A DNA stretch of 64,000 bases from Hemiscyllium ocellatum (GCF_020745735.1 NC_083427.1:1643438-1707437); one strand, 5' to 3'. Positions 25,991 through 38,299 are shown, counted from the stretch's first letter. Numbers and translations: made by a program. Notes: generated by a model not told the origin, from the sequence alone.

Positions 25991-26191
25991 CTCACAACTA
26001 TATAGTCTACTCTGTCGTGGAAGTCCCATGATAGAACATTAATTCCTTTACTGAAGTTGACTCAGTCTGACAACGAATGTATCAAATATCACACAACTGT
26101 CAGTGCCTTGATATTACATAAAACGTGCCGGGATTTTTTCTTTTGTCGATGTGACTAAGTTTTCAACAAAAAACTTCTCCACTAATTGCAG

Positions 26192-26349
26192 GTATCCCTG
26201 AAATAAAAGAGGACCCGGTAGACTATGACGTCGAAGAAAACGAACGAGAAAATTTCGATGGAGGTGCCAACAGTTCATTATCCATTATGACGTTTGTCGT
26301 CCTGTTTATTCTCAGTTCGCTGTACAGCACATTTGTAACTGTGCTTAAG
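26192..26349 (+). CDS. IgNAR: IgNAR membrane exon TM1 (acidic extracellular spacer plus transmembrane helix)
   Basis: Acceptor aattgcAG at 26190-26191 and donor AAG|GTAAG at 26349/26350; 158 nt, phase 1-0, in frame with the C5 donor. It translates to (G)IPEIKEDPVDYDVEENERENFDGGANSSLSIMTFVVLFILSSLYSTFVTVLK, which carries the conserved antigen-receptor TM (CART) pattern TFxxLFxLSxxYS. Confidence 0.93.
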
Positions 26350-27039
26350 GTAAGAACACATTTTAATAGCTGTGTTACATTCGGCTTTCATAGATGAAAT
26401 CATGCTCATCTGCACATAATAATGCAGAGCTATTACTCAAAAAATAATAATTTTCTTCAAATTGATCTTGAGTGATTAACTGCCGTCTTGAATAAACGTC
26501 CTCATGGGATGATTGCACAGAGGAATGCGAGCACACATTTTAAAAAGGTAAAAAAAGAATAGAAAGAAGTTCAGCACAAATTGTTTCAAATAGTTCTGCA
26601 TCTCCATGAAGGAATGTGGAAAATATTAATTCATGAATCAGATTAACTAATTAGTTTAGTTTAGATTAGTTTAGTTCAGATTAGTTAATGAATCAGATTA
26701 ACTAGTGACAGATCAAAGTGAATTTATAGGAAAAGCATCGGTATGAGAGGCGACTTTATTTGCAACATGCAGCATTCTTCCAGATCTTTATAGGATAGAT
26801 GCAGACATATTTTAAAAATATATATATATTATGAAACCTGATTCTAGTCCACCACTTGCATTTGGAAGCACGGGTTTTCAGAGCGCTGCTCCTGTGAAGT
26901 GTGATTTTTAGCTTTATTCACCCCAGTCCAATACCAAATCCTCGACATCATGCAGAAAGATTGTTTGACTTGGTGGTGTATTAATACAGTCACAGAACGC
27001 ACAAACGCAATTTCTGCAGAGTTGTGCCGATCTAACTAT

Positions 27040-27650
27040 TCTATTCGCACATTCCAGCATTTGAGTTGTATGTTAGAATTCTTGAAGTACTCATCCATGT
27101 AAACATTTAAAGATTAAAAAGTTCTTTTTCTCACATCTACTACCCTCCGAGGCATTACCCTGCAGATGCCCACTACCGTCTGGCTGAACAAATGCTTCAT
27201 AAAAAATCATTCTGAAACACCTGCCCATCATTTTCAATTATGTTCCTTCTTTACTGAACACCTAATTAAAGGAAATAACAGTTTCCCGTCTACCCTGTCC
27301 ATGCCACTTGTAGTCATATGCATCTCAACCACGTTCCCCTATCTGGTTTCTCTGTTGTAAAGAACACAACCTGGATGAACAAAGCATCTGCTAATATTTA
27401 GAGCTCGCCAGCGCTGCTTAATCTTCTAATAACTCCCTCCACTTAAAAAAATTCCTTGGTGTCGTGTTGTAAACAGAACTACACACAGTAATCCAGCTGT
27501 GGACTAAACGAACTTTTGTAAAATTCCAACATAACCGTCCTGATCTCACATCTCTAACATACGTACTGACAAAGGCAAGGGTCCAGAATGTATTCTTAAA
27601 AAAAGGCACTCGATATCCACACACCTCAACATCTCCAGCATCTTTTATAA
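27040..27650 (-). mobile_element. Antisense LINE 3' fragment in the TM1-TM2 intron
   Basis: The - strand reads RLCWNFTKVRLVHSWITVCS, the typical LYKxLVRPxLEY region. Confidence 0.6.
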
Positions 27651-28789
27651 GAGGAAATGGTTCATCACATCACTCCCTATCATGTTTGCACTAATTAATA
27701 CTGTTACCAAGCATCCTTCTGTACTCTGTGACCATCATCATCAATATCACCATTAGATAATGATGATTGAGTTACCAGTTCAATACATAGGTTTGATGCA
27801 TCTCAAGAGTTATCCTGTTTCACTGCATTTTGCTCAGAACTAATTTCAGCCACCTTGTGTAATTCACCTTAATAGAAATTCACCATGATCACTGCAACCA
27901 TGCAAAATCCATTTGATGTTTAAAGTCACGACATCATTTGACTGAATCTGCATAATGCAGAATCTACCACCAAAATATCTTTCTTGCCTTGTGCCCTCTG
28001 CAGCCAAACACAAAGTTAAGAATTCGGTGTAACTATAACAGGATATCCCGCTCATTACGTCCCACACATAGCCTTCAATTATTAATCTGTAATCTATTAA
28101 TGAAATACAGAAGCTCTGAAGAAAGTTCACTGCACCTGCAGCATTAAATCTGGTTTCACTGTACAGATGCTGCCGGAGGTTTTCCATCAATTTCAAAATT
28201 TGTTTTTGATTTCCAGTATCCACAGATCTTTAGCTTTTTGAAAAATGAAAATGCTTTGTCTGAGAAAACAAAATCCTGCATGACAATTTTTGGCTTTGCA
28301 AACAGGTGAAAGCCTAATTTCACGGGGCAGCCGATTGAAATAGAGAAGAAGATTCATGGATTTTGTTTTGGGAATTTCGAGGAGTTGCCAAGGGCCTTAT
28401 TATTTTTTTAAATAATACACACAGACATATGGTGCTGTCAGTTCATTCTTCCATCTTTGTTCAAGCATTGAATACAGTCTCTCCTGGAATTTCCCACTCT
28501 ACCTTTAGAAACTTGATTCTCAGCAGATTACCGATATATGCTGCAGAGTGCACTTTCACATTTTGACCTTAAATGGCCTCTGAAACATTTAATTGCCCCA
28601 GCATTACTGCATCAGCGATTACATGGTCACCTGCAAGCTCGGTTTTCAGTGAGGCTGTTCCAAGTTGCAAGCAGGATGATGACGTCGAGTGAAAATCAAT
28701 TCAATTAATTTATTAACTGGAACTCAGAATTTGCTGATGTTTTGTAATCAAATTTGAACTGTCTTTGCCAACTGTAAACAACCTTACAT

Positions 28790-29740
28790 TTGCCCAAAAG
28801 AGAGAAAATGCTGGAAAATCTCAGGAAATTTGGCAGCATCTGGAAGGAGAGAAAAGAACTGACGTTTCGGGTCTAAAAGACCCTTTGTCAAAGCTAAAAA
28901 GGGGAGAAATAGGGAGGTATTTATACTAGGCTGGGAGAAGGTGCCATTTGTGCATGGCTTCACAAGCAAAGGTAGCAGTAAAGAGGTGATAATGACAGTA
29001 CAGAGAGAGATTATAGGCTTATTAGAAGCTGAGGCCAGTGCTATGTGACAAAATATGTGGGGGATTGGTTGGGGGAGGGGGTGCGAGATGGAGGGCGGGA
29101 ATGGGTGAAGCAGAGACAAAATGGGAAACGAGGAGAAGGGTAGCAAAGGGGGAAGAGGAGAGGTAAAAGGTGATGAGAGAGTGGGGAGCGAGAGAAAGAG
29201 AGACAATCAAGAAATAAGAGGCACAGAACAGTGAAAAAAAATAGAAAATTAAGATAAATAAAATAAATGAAATTAAATTATGGAGCAAAATGAAAACAGA
29301 GGGGTCGAGATGGGATAATCATCTGATGTTGTTGAATTCAATGTTGAGACCGGCAGGCTGTAATGTGCCTAGTCGGAAGATGAGCTGTTGTTCCTTCAGT
29401 TTGCATTGAGTTTCACTGGAAAATTGCAGCAGGCCAAGGACAGACCTGTGGGCATTGGAGCAAGATTATGTGTTGAAGTGGCAAGCCACGGGAAGGTCCG
29501 GGAACTGATTGCGTACACATATGGCTCCAGAAGCAAAGGTAGCAATAAAAAGGTGATAATGACGGTGTAACTAGTACAAATAATCTCTATTTCTCCCTTT
29601 TTTTGATTTGAGAAGGGGTCAGTTAGACTCAAAACGTCAGGTCCTTTCTCTCCTTACAGATTTTGCCAGACTTGCTGCAATTTTCCACCGTTCTCTCTTT
29701 TTGTTTTCAGATTTCAGCATCCGCAGTAATTTGCTTTTTT
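28790..29740. mobile_element. Penelope-like element remnant with opposed termini
   Basis: The - strand EQQLIFRLGTLQPAGLNIEFNNI (GIY-YIG C-terminal region) lies at about 29325-29395. A terminal segment is on - at about 28800-28890 and on + at about 29615-29740. Confidence 0.7.
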
Positions 29741-30115
29741 CTTACATTTTCCCATGTGGGTCGTGATCTAACTTTATTTCCTTGTACTCGTTTTATTTGG
29801 TAAATTGCCAGAGAATTTCTCTGCGCAGTATTTGCTATGCTACTGAACTTAAATCTCCTCTACAAAACATGAATCTATGCTTCATTTACTTTTCTTCCAA
29901 GTCCAAATTTCTCTTTGTACGTTGCTTACTTGAAGAAAGGTCTAACCAGAGATGAGGCTACCTGATCATGGAGTTTTGTCAATCCTTTCCAGATCACAAA
30001 ACATACCACTCGATTTCATAATGATAGTCTGCGATTTGCCTTTTGTGTATGCTTCAGATTGTTGAACGTTTTTATAGATTTTCTTATCGTAATTATTGGA
30101 TTTTGCTCTCTGCAG

Positions 30116-30124
30116 GTAAACTGA
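30116..30124 (+). CDS. IgNAR: IgNAR membrane exon TM2 coding part (Val-Asn-stop), followed by 3' UTR
   Basis: Pyrimidine tract ttttgctctctgcAG (30114-30115) is followed by GTA AAC TGA, giving a KVN cytoplasmic tail analogous to IgM KVK. The phase matches TM1. Confidence 0.8.
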   Translation, partial: VN

Positions 30125-30882
30125 CCATCACTGATGAAAACAATTACTTCTGACTTCATTGAAAGCTTGTGTGTGAAGCTCCATCAGATGCTGATTAGAA
30201 ATGGCATTGAATTGAATTTTGCTCTCAATCATATCGGCCCTTCCACGGTATCACTTCAACGTGTATTCTTATGTGATCTCAACTCTGGAATGAGAAATAC
30301 TTGCATATTCTTGGTCATTAATGTTTGCCTTCACGCTTTCTTTTTTAAGTCTTGGAGTTAAAGAAATTTCATGAAACTGCTACAAGTTGAGGAAATCATT
30401 CTTCCCCATTTAAATAAGCTAAAGATGCATCTTTGAAAGTTGCCAATTGTCGGCAACATTTTGAAAAAAAAAGGGTATCCTATGTTCCTCATCTGCTAGA
30501 CAATACATCTTTGAGAAAGGTAACCAGAGAAACCTTCCAAACAGGCACGCGCTCAAGTATAGCATTCTTATCCAAGAGCATGAGATAGATAAAAGCCTAT
30601 TAATTTGACAGAATGTCGAGTCATTACTACAGAAGACATAGAAAATGTATTTTCCAAGACTTGGAAACAAATCTACAAGTCTGAATATTTTGCTCCCCAC
30701 TGTTGTTATTAATTATCTGACAGTGAGAGCCGACATTTCCTCTGTTCAGCATTTTTATTTGCGATAAGTGATAAGGCTATCAATGCTGAGTTTCAGCAAT
30801 TGCTTCGTTTGCTAGAACCCGCAGTGCGAACGATTGAGAATATCTTAAGGATATTTCGAGATACAGAACCCAGCGAACACTT

Positions 30883-30888
30883 AATAAA
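30883..30888 (+). promoter_or_regulatory. Candidate membrane-form polyadenylation signal
   Basis: First AATAAA I found after TM2, about 760 nt past the stop codon. Confidence 0.35.
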
Positions 30889-32314
30889 AATACTTGAGTG
30901 TAGCATATAATTTGATTCCACCTTGAAAAAGTCGCAGAATTTCACATTCACGTAGAAATTCAATGGACATTTTGTAAACTGCCATTACTATGCATAATAC
31001 CACATATGTGGAAATGTGTTCACATATAATTGCTTATTTCAAACAACGGTTACGAATTCCCAGAACCATTGTTGTTATGAGACAATAGGTGCACTAAAGC
31101 AATTTCGTGAAGGGCGATTTTCAAACAGGGTTCAAATGAACAGTGTTCATTGTCTCTCTCTACTAACAAAAACAAAAGAAGTCTAATTGGCACCAGATAC
31201 TGTGTAACATCACAGTTAATAATTAAATGACTGATTTCTGTGCTGTTTATTTTGCTGCAAACTTTCCAAGTTGCAATGGAAGTGATTAAATGTAAGAGAA
31301 TACATTTTGTTTTGAGTGGATCAGAGATTCATTCTTGAAATTAATGAGCCATTCAAACCCATGTAAGCTCTTCTGCTTGCTCAGTACCTTCATTCCATTC
31401 CCACATGAGTTTTCAACCCTTTGAGTTAATTTTATTGACAAGACTGCAATTCTTATGATTTTCAAAATAAATGAAGTGTCAGAAGCAGAAGAAACTTGCA
31501 CTCATTTGTGCAAACTGCAGAAATGTAATGCTGCCAACAATAGATATCACTGTTGTAATATAATTTAGTTATTGCCTTCCTATTCTGTCAAGTCTGTGGT
31601 GTGAAATGTACTTGCTGTTATCTACTCCATATTGCCAATCATTTATATGTTGTTTAAATCCTGACCTTCAATCTAACATGTTTTCAAAATGTAATGTTAT
31701 TCAGTTTGTTCCACTGATGACGTCAGTATTCACATATTTTTGCCTCATAAATGATTTTCCTTTTGCAAATAAAATCTGTTTTTAATTAAGCAACTGATGT
31801 GCAGAGCTTTATTCATTTACTTTCAAAGTTTGCTGGCCGTAACAATCGTCAGATTTAATTGAAACTCAGTCCTGTAAAGTGGGAAGCATTGACACTATCA
31901 AACTTTATTGCCCATCGACAAACTCTCCTTGCGAGATCATACGTTTTTATCTGCTACAATCTCTGTTAGATAGGGGACTGCAAAAGCATGTCAGGTTGTT
32001 AACTGATTTGAAGGGGTATTGGCAGGCACTGTTTGATCCCTTGCAATGTATATCCTTGTATTTATGCAGAGTAGAGCGACGAGGTTTGACAATTATCATG
32101 TAACAAAGATGAGGGTTAAAACGTCATTGAATTACTGCCACCGATATTAGTCATCAACAGAATCTAGTCTTCAGTTCTGAATTCTTCCTGAAAGACAGTG
32201 AGAATTGCATCTAACTGTAATGAATCAGAAACGCTATTCAGTAATGAATGAATCAATTATTGAAGACTAATCAGCAGATCTTGATACCTTGGCACTGGAA
32301 ATTACTACCCAAGA

Positions 32315-34115
32315 TCCATTAACCTGACTACCTTGGCTGCCCGATCATCTCAGTCTGCCCCTGTCCAACTTAACTCATCTCCACAAACCTACTTACTGTC
32401 CTGTTCCTCTGTTCCAGGAACTTCCCACATACATTCGGACACTATCCATGCCCTCCAACCCCTCGAAGACTTTCGCTTCCCTGATCTCCGAAGCCTCATT
32501 TTCACCATTGTCGTCCATAGGGACAATAGAACTCCATCTACCATGATGAAGGCCTCCAAGCCATCCGTTTCTTCCTCTTAAGGTATCTCCAATAGTAGCT
32601 TTCCACGAACACTCTCATTCATTTGGCTGAACTGACCCTCACCGTGAGTAATTTATTCTTTGAATCCTCCAACTTTCTCCAGACAAAGGGGTAGCCAAGG
32701 GCATCCACATGGGCCACAGCAATGCTTGTCTCTTTGTCGGTTATGTTCTACAGTTTCACTGGTTCCATTTTCCACCTTTTCCTCCGCTACATTGATGAGT
32801 GCATCAGCACCACCTCGAGCTCTCACGGCGAGATTGAACAGTTTGTCAACTCCACTGACACATTTTGCCTCATCCTGAATTTCACCTGGACCATCTCAGA
32901 ACCCCCACCCCACCTTGCTGGACATCTGCATCTCCATTCACGGTGACTGACTCAACACTGACATCACCTACAAACCTATCGACTCGCACTGCTCCCTGGA
33001 CTAAACCACCTCCCACTTTGCCTGCTGTAAAATCCCGAACACTTATTCCCACTTGCTCCGCCTCTGCTGCATCTGCTCCCAGGAGAACCAGTTCCAACAC
33101 AGAACAAACCAGATGGCCTCCGTTTTTGAAGACAACAACTTTCCCTTCCATGTGATTGAAGATGCCCTCCAACGCATCTCATCCATTTCTCGGACCTGTC
33201 GACCGCCTCACTCCTCCAACTGCAACAAAGACAGATAGCCCCCCCCCCCACCCCCCCGGTCCTCACGTTCAACCCCACCAACCTCTGTCTACATCTCATC
33301 ATTCTCCTGTATTTCCATCACGAACAACTGAACCCCACCAACAGAGATAAACGTCCCTCCTCATCCCATCCACTTTCCAGAAAGACCGTTTTCTCTGCAA
33401 CACTATTGTCAATTCCCCGCCCCATTCAATGCACTTTCCTCTCCCAGCACCTTCCCGTGCCAACGCAGGAATTTCAAAACCTGTACCCACACCTACCCCC
33501 TTACCTCCGTCCAACGCTCCAAAGGAGCCTTCCGCATTCATCAGAGTTTTACCTGCATTTCTACACATGTCGTTTACTCTGTCCGCTGCTCCCGATTTTG
33601 TCTCCTCGACATTGGAAAGACAGGAAGCCTACTTGCAGAGCACTTCAAATAACATCTCCAGGACACCGAAAGCAACCAACACCACAGCCCCACGGCCGAA
33701 CACATCAACTCCCACTCCCACTTCACCAAGGACATTCAGGTCCTGTGTCCCCTCCATCGCCATTCCTTTACCACCCGACCCATGAAGGAAGAACACCTCA
33801 TCTTCAGTCTTGGGACCCTTCACGGCATCAATGTGGATTTTACCAGTTTCCTCATTTCCCCTCCCCCGACGTTATCCCTGTTGCAAACTTCCAAATCAGC
33901 AGTACACTCATAACTGATGTGATCTGTCTGCCCTCCTCTCTGACCTATCACCATTACCCGCATGTTCGTCTATCTATCACACTCTCAGCTCCAGTTCGCC
34001 CAGCCCACCTCCCTCCACCCCTTCGGCTCACAGCCCAAATACTGTTGAAGAGCGCTTGCCCGAAACCTTGATCCTCCTGCTCCTCGGCTACTGCCTGACC
34101 TACACTAATTTTCTA
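32315..34115 (+). mobile_element. Decayed Penelope-like element (RT plus C-terminal GIY-YIG endonuclease, 3' terminal repeat)
   Basis: Frameshifted RT motifs (FSRQRG...MGP, FLRYIDECI, LNFTWTIS, DITYKPID..LD, LRLCCICSQE) are followed by FTCISTHVVYSVRCSRF.LLDIGKT and HLIFSLGTL. A hammerhead-like terminal segment lies at 34042-34066. Confidence 0.88.
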
Positions 34116-35443
34116 ACACCACACGTTCGATTGACTATTACGTATCGTGTTTAATTAATTATTTTACACAGTATGAGTGCAATTCCGTTCATCTCTGGGA
34201 GAACGCAGAGATTTTATATTTTGCAGTGGGTAATTCCTGCCTTCCCAAAGCTGAAGGTTCTGATCAATAAATGATCAATGCCTTGACTGAGATAGCAATG
34301 CTCCCGAGACGATATTTAAAAGTATTTTACAATGTCTTGTGAACAATCGTATGAGATTTCACACCACAGTGTTCCTGCAATTAGCCACATGGTCAGTCTT
34401 CAGTAGCCTTAGACAAATCGTGAATTTTCGGTGACATATCTTGCCATGATAAGAAACCTTAGAGTCCAAAGATTTCTTGACACCATTAAGTTGTTCACTC
34501 TTAATGAAATTCCTTACTGTCTTAAGTCTAGTTTCAAGGCAGGCCTCATGTTAACTGTTTCCAACATAATAACGTTTGCAACAATATCTTAATTTCAAGC
34601 ATTTCCTGAGCATTGTAAATGGTTCAACAGCTCTTGTATCGAAACATCAAGAGATTCAAGTGGTATCAGCCTACTAATTCAAATTTGAGTCAGTGATTTT
34701 CGATAGTTATTGGTGATGAATTCATTCAAGCATCATCAACTTTATTGGAATAGGTCAAAGTGATCGTCCATTATATTTTGTGCAAACAAAATCGTCAACG
34801 TTACACATGAATTAGTTTCACTGCCAACCATATTCTAGCGGAAAATGGGCATAAGTGACTTAACATTGGGATTCAGAGAAGTGATGTTAACACCTTACAG
34901 AGCCCAATAACACACGTGCAAAACAACCGGATGGGTAATATTAATTTCAGTAGCCTGAAAAGAATGAAAATAGATTCCAGAAACAATGATGTTGAACCTT
35001 CCAAACTATGTCCCTGATTGGTGTGATGGTCAGATTATGAGAATCTTTGCCCAGATTCACCAAACTGCATTTTACTAATTATAGATGAAAAACATTAACC
35101 TGTCAGCAAATTTGGCATGTATTATTTCTTTCCCCACTTATCACAGTCAAACTGGCGATTTCAATTGAGTAATACAAAAGCGCAATTCAATTGAAATTGT
35201 TCATTTTTTTTTATCTCAGGAGATAACTCTAAACCACGACCTTTCCTTACTTCGAAAGTAGCCGAATTTAATGAAATCTCGACAGAAAGTTACACTGTGC
35301 AACATGATCAGAAACCAGTTTATACTTTGTTGTCGTGGTGCACTTCTGTAAAGGAGAATGGGTTTATGTCACTGCATTTCACTCCACCTAGAGGCTAAGA
35401 CTAGCCATTAGGAAAAAGCAATGACTGCAGATGCTGAAACCAG

Positions 35444-35560
35444 ATTTTGGATTAGTGGTGCTGGAAGAGCACAACAGTTCAGGCAGCATCCGAGAGGCAT
35501 CAAAATCTCCTCGGATGCTGCCTGAACTGCAATGGTCTTCCAGCACTACTAATCCAAAAT
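35444..35560. repeat. Fold-back inverted repeat (51-bp arms, 46/51 matches, 15-nt spacer) from Penelope terminal sequence
   Basis: 35444-35494 is the reverse complement of 35510-35560, and the arms match the terminal segments at 34070-34110 and 37450-37510. Confidence 0.9.
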
Positions 35561-36559
35561 AATGCGAGCTATTACATGTCTGAGGAACAGGAGGAGACAT
35601 ATCACATTGCATAAACAGCAATTGTGTTCATTTAGATCGCAAATAATGCCTGGCAGAAAAGTTCATAAACCTTGACACCGTTGTTAACACATATCCAATT
35701 ATGTCATTGGGAAAGCTTAACTTGCCAGTAGCCATTAGCTTTCGTGAGTTATTTGTACCGTTTGTGTCATAATTGTTTCCTATTTCATTCCAGAATGGCC
35801 TATGTATAATTAAAACTACTGCGAGCTTATTCTTGTACTATCCAACAAGAAGATATGTTAGTAAATTATGCCGACACAATAAATATCTTTTATGTAGTTT
35901 CTGATCCCAACAGCCATACACTGCTCATGTATAGGTTTGAGAAGTGTGCTGATTGCTTGGCAATTCAACCGTGATTGGCCGATGCATTGCCATTCAGAAA
36001 ACAATGCACAGCTACACTCTTGTCGTGTTCCTGCGTAATCACCAAAGACGTTAGTATAATGGAAAAATCAATTGGAAATGCTTACTATATTTATTATTCT
36101 GTTAAGTTTGCTACTGGTCTGTTAAAAAGCAATTCTGTCTTTATTTTGTTGCATTTGAACAACAGCGAAAGAATAAAGTTTGTGTTATATTTTAATTTCG
36201 GAAGGTCTACCTGCCGAATTGTGTCTGGAATGCAAGACGTTATATTTACCTTTGAAATAATAAAATAGTTAGTGCTGAGACTAGACAAACACCAAACTTC
36301 ACTAATCCCTTTGAACTGCACTTGTTGCACAGCCTTCTGTGCCCTGGAATGATAATTACTCATCAAGATGCTTGTTAAATGTTATGAGACTGCCTCAACC
36401 ACCCTCTCTGGCAAATATTACATTCTGCTACACCCTCTGGGTAGAAGAAATTTATCTCAGAACAACTTCAAGCCGCTTACTCGTCATTTTGCATTAATGT
36501 CATATGGTGTTAAGTACACGAACCATAGAGAAAATAAAATCTCACAATTTCACATGTTG

Positions 36560-37145
36560 AGGCGGCACGGTAGCTCAGTGGTTAGCACTTCTGCCTCACA
36601 GCGCCATTGAATTGCTCTCCCCCAGACAAGCCCTGCCTGTCCAATCTCTCCTCATGACTTTCATGCCAATTAACATCCCAGCGAATCTCGTCTACTTCCT
36701 GTCAACTGTTTTGAGATCCTTTTTGCAGTGTGACAACAAGAACTGAACACAATATTGCATTTCTGGTCTAAGTAATTTCTGTTCTAAAGTTGTAACAAGA
36801 CTTACTTTCTCCTATTGTTCTAGGCCTTGGTCTTTGAGGGCAAGCGTCCCATATGCCTTGTTTACCGCTGCAAATGTCCATGCAACTTCAGTGATCTGTA
36901 GACGTATATACCAAGATCCCTGTGTTCCTCAGTGTTACCTCGAGTTGCATGATTCGTGATATATGTCTTTCCATTTTGCAATCTCCCAAAATGCATCACG
37001 TCCCATTGCACAGAATTAAATTTCATCTGTCACGGTTCTACCCGATTTCCCAGATTATTAGTATTAGACTCTGCTCCGAGACAGTTCTGCTCACTATCAA
37101 CGACATCAACAATTGTCGAGTCATCCATAAACATGCTAACAGCAT
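36560..37145. mobile_element. SINE head fragment (+, about 36560-36606) abutting an antisense CR1/L2 RT fragment
   Basis: ggcggcacggtagctcagtggttagcacttctgcctcacagcgcca is followed by a - strand remnant (ttagcatgtttatggatgactcgacaattg...; FADD region). Confidence 0.6.
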
Positions 37146-37384
37146 GGAGACTGGATCCTCAAACAGACTGTCGTAAATAAAAAAAAGTCATTGACAACGC
37201 TCAAGGCCGGGCAATGAGCACTACAGCCCCCAGAGTCATCACAAAGAGTACCATTCCCAACTGAAAGTGCTCTTTGAGATGACTGAACAGTTTTTTTTCC
37301 CCACAAGCAATCCTGCTTTGCATTGTTTTATCTGCTTAGTTTTAGAGTTGTTATTGCACACCTCTGGAGCAGACGGGGCTGAAC

Positions 37385-37550
37385 TCAGGCCTTCTTCAGG
37401 AATGCTGGGGTTATTTCCAAAACATTTTCCGGCTTATGACCGAAACGTCGATTCTTCTGCTCCTTGGATGATGCCTGACCTACTGCGCTTTTCCAGCAAC
37501 ACATTTTTCGGCTCTTATCTCCAACATCTGCAGTCCTCACTTTCTCCCAC
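37385..37550. mobile_element. Penelope terminal-repeat fragment with an internal inversion
   Basis: The + strand reads ggcttatgaccgaaacgtcgattcttctgctccttggatgatgcctgacc...ctgcagtcctcactttctcc. It is preceded by ccttcttcaggaatgctg, the reverse complement of the expected upstream half. Confidence 0.65.
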
Positions 37551-38299
37551 TATCACTGTACTGCAAGGGCTCTAAATATCTTTTTTCTATGTTTTCGAAA
37601 CAACTTGTTCAGTTATGCTATTGCATACATACAAAAGAATTATTTTTTGCACCCGAGCCTTCTGGTTCAGAGGTACCTATTTGAATACGTTAAATCTACA
37701 GAGATATGATTAAACACCACCAGGTGGAATTTGAAACGAGGAATTGAATCGATTTGAACCCACAGCTTTTGTGCTGCAGGACACTTCACACATTCATTTC
37801 AACTTATTCAGTCAAGCTATTCAAAGATGCTAATCTGCTCCTCTGGAGAAGGTGGAATTTCAACTAGGATCTGTTGGTTTCGGGATACGTCTTCACATTG
37901 TTGTAGGAATTTCCTCATTAAACTGTTCACAGATATTATGACATGCCCCTTGAGCAAATTGGACTTGGCCTCTGAGACTCCTGATTAAAAGGCATGAACA
38001 CTGGCACTTCACAACAAGAACCCTAATTCTTCACCATTCTTTTGACAATGGTGGGGCAGGGTGGGAGGGGTTCCTGAATATTCCAGAGGAGGCCTGTTAC
38101 CTCTTTTGCATTGAATGTGTTTCTTCCAAATTAAAAGAAGTGGTGAGCTGGTGTGCGTGTGCAACCCTGTACTGGCTGAAAAAACATTCTATTCAGGAGC
38201 ACTTCCCGCTGCTACGTGGCAATATATACCACACATAGACATTTGGACGGAATGTACTGTCAGCTGTAAGAAAGTGTGCTTGTTTAATACAGAAAGGGC

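Noticed and set aside
26202-26207. AATAAA inside TM1
   Set aside because: It is explained by the codons GAA ATA AAA (E-I-K), and there is no evidence that it is used for polyadenylation.
30111-30124. CAG|GTAAAC at TM2 resembling a recursive or zero-length splice site
   Set aside because: It follows from a Val codon starting the exon, as in IgM M2 exons, and needs no special mechanism.
33406-34071. 221-aa Pro/His-rich ORF and the neighbouring overlapping ORFs
   Set aside because: These are off-frame readings of the decayed Penelope element's C-rich sequence.
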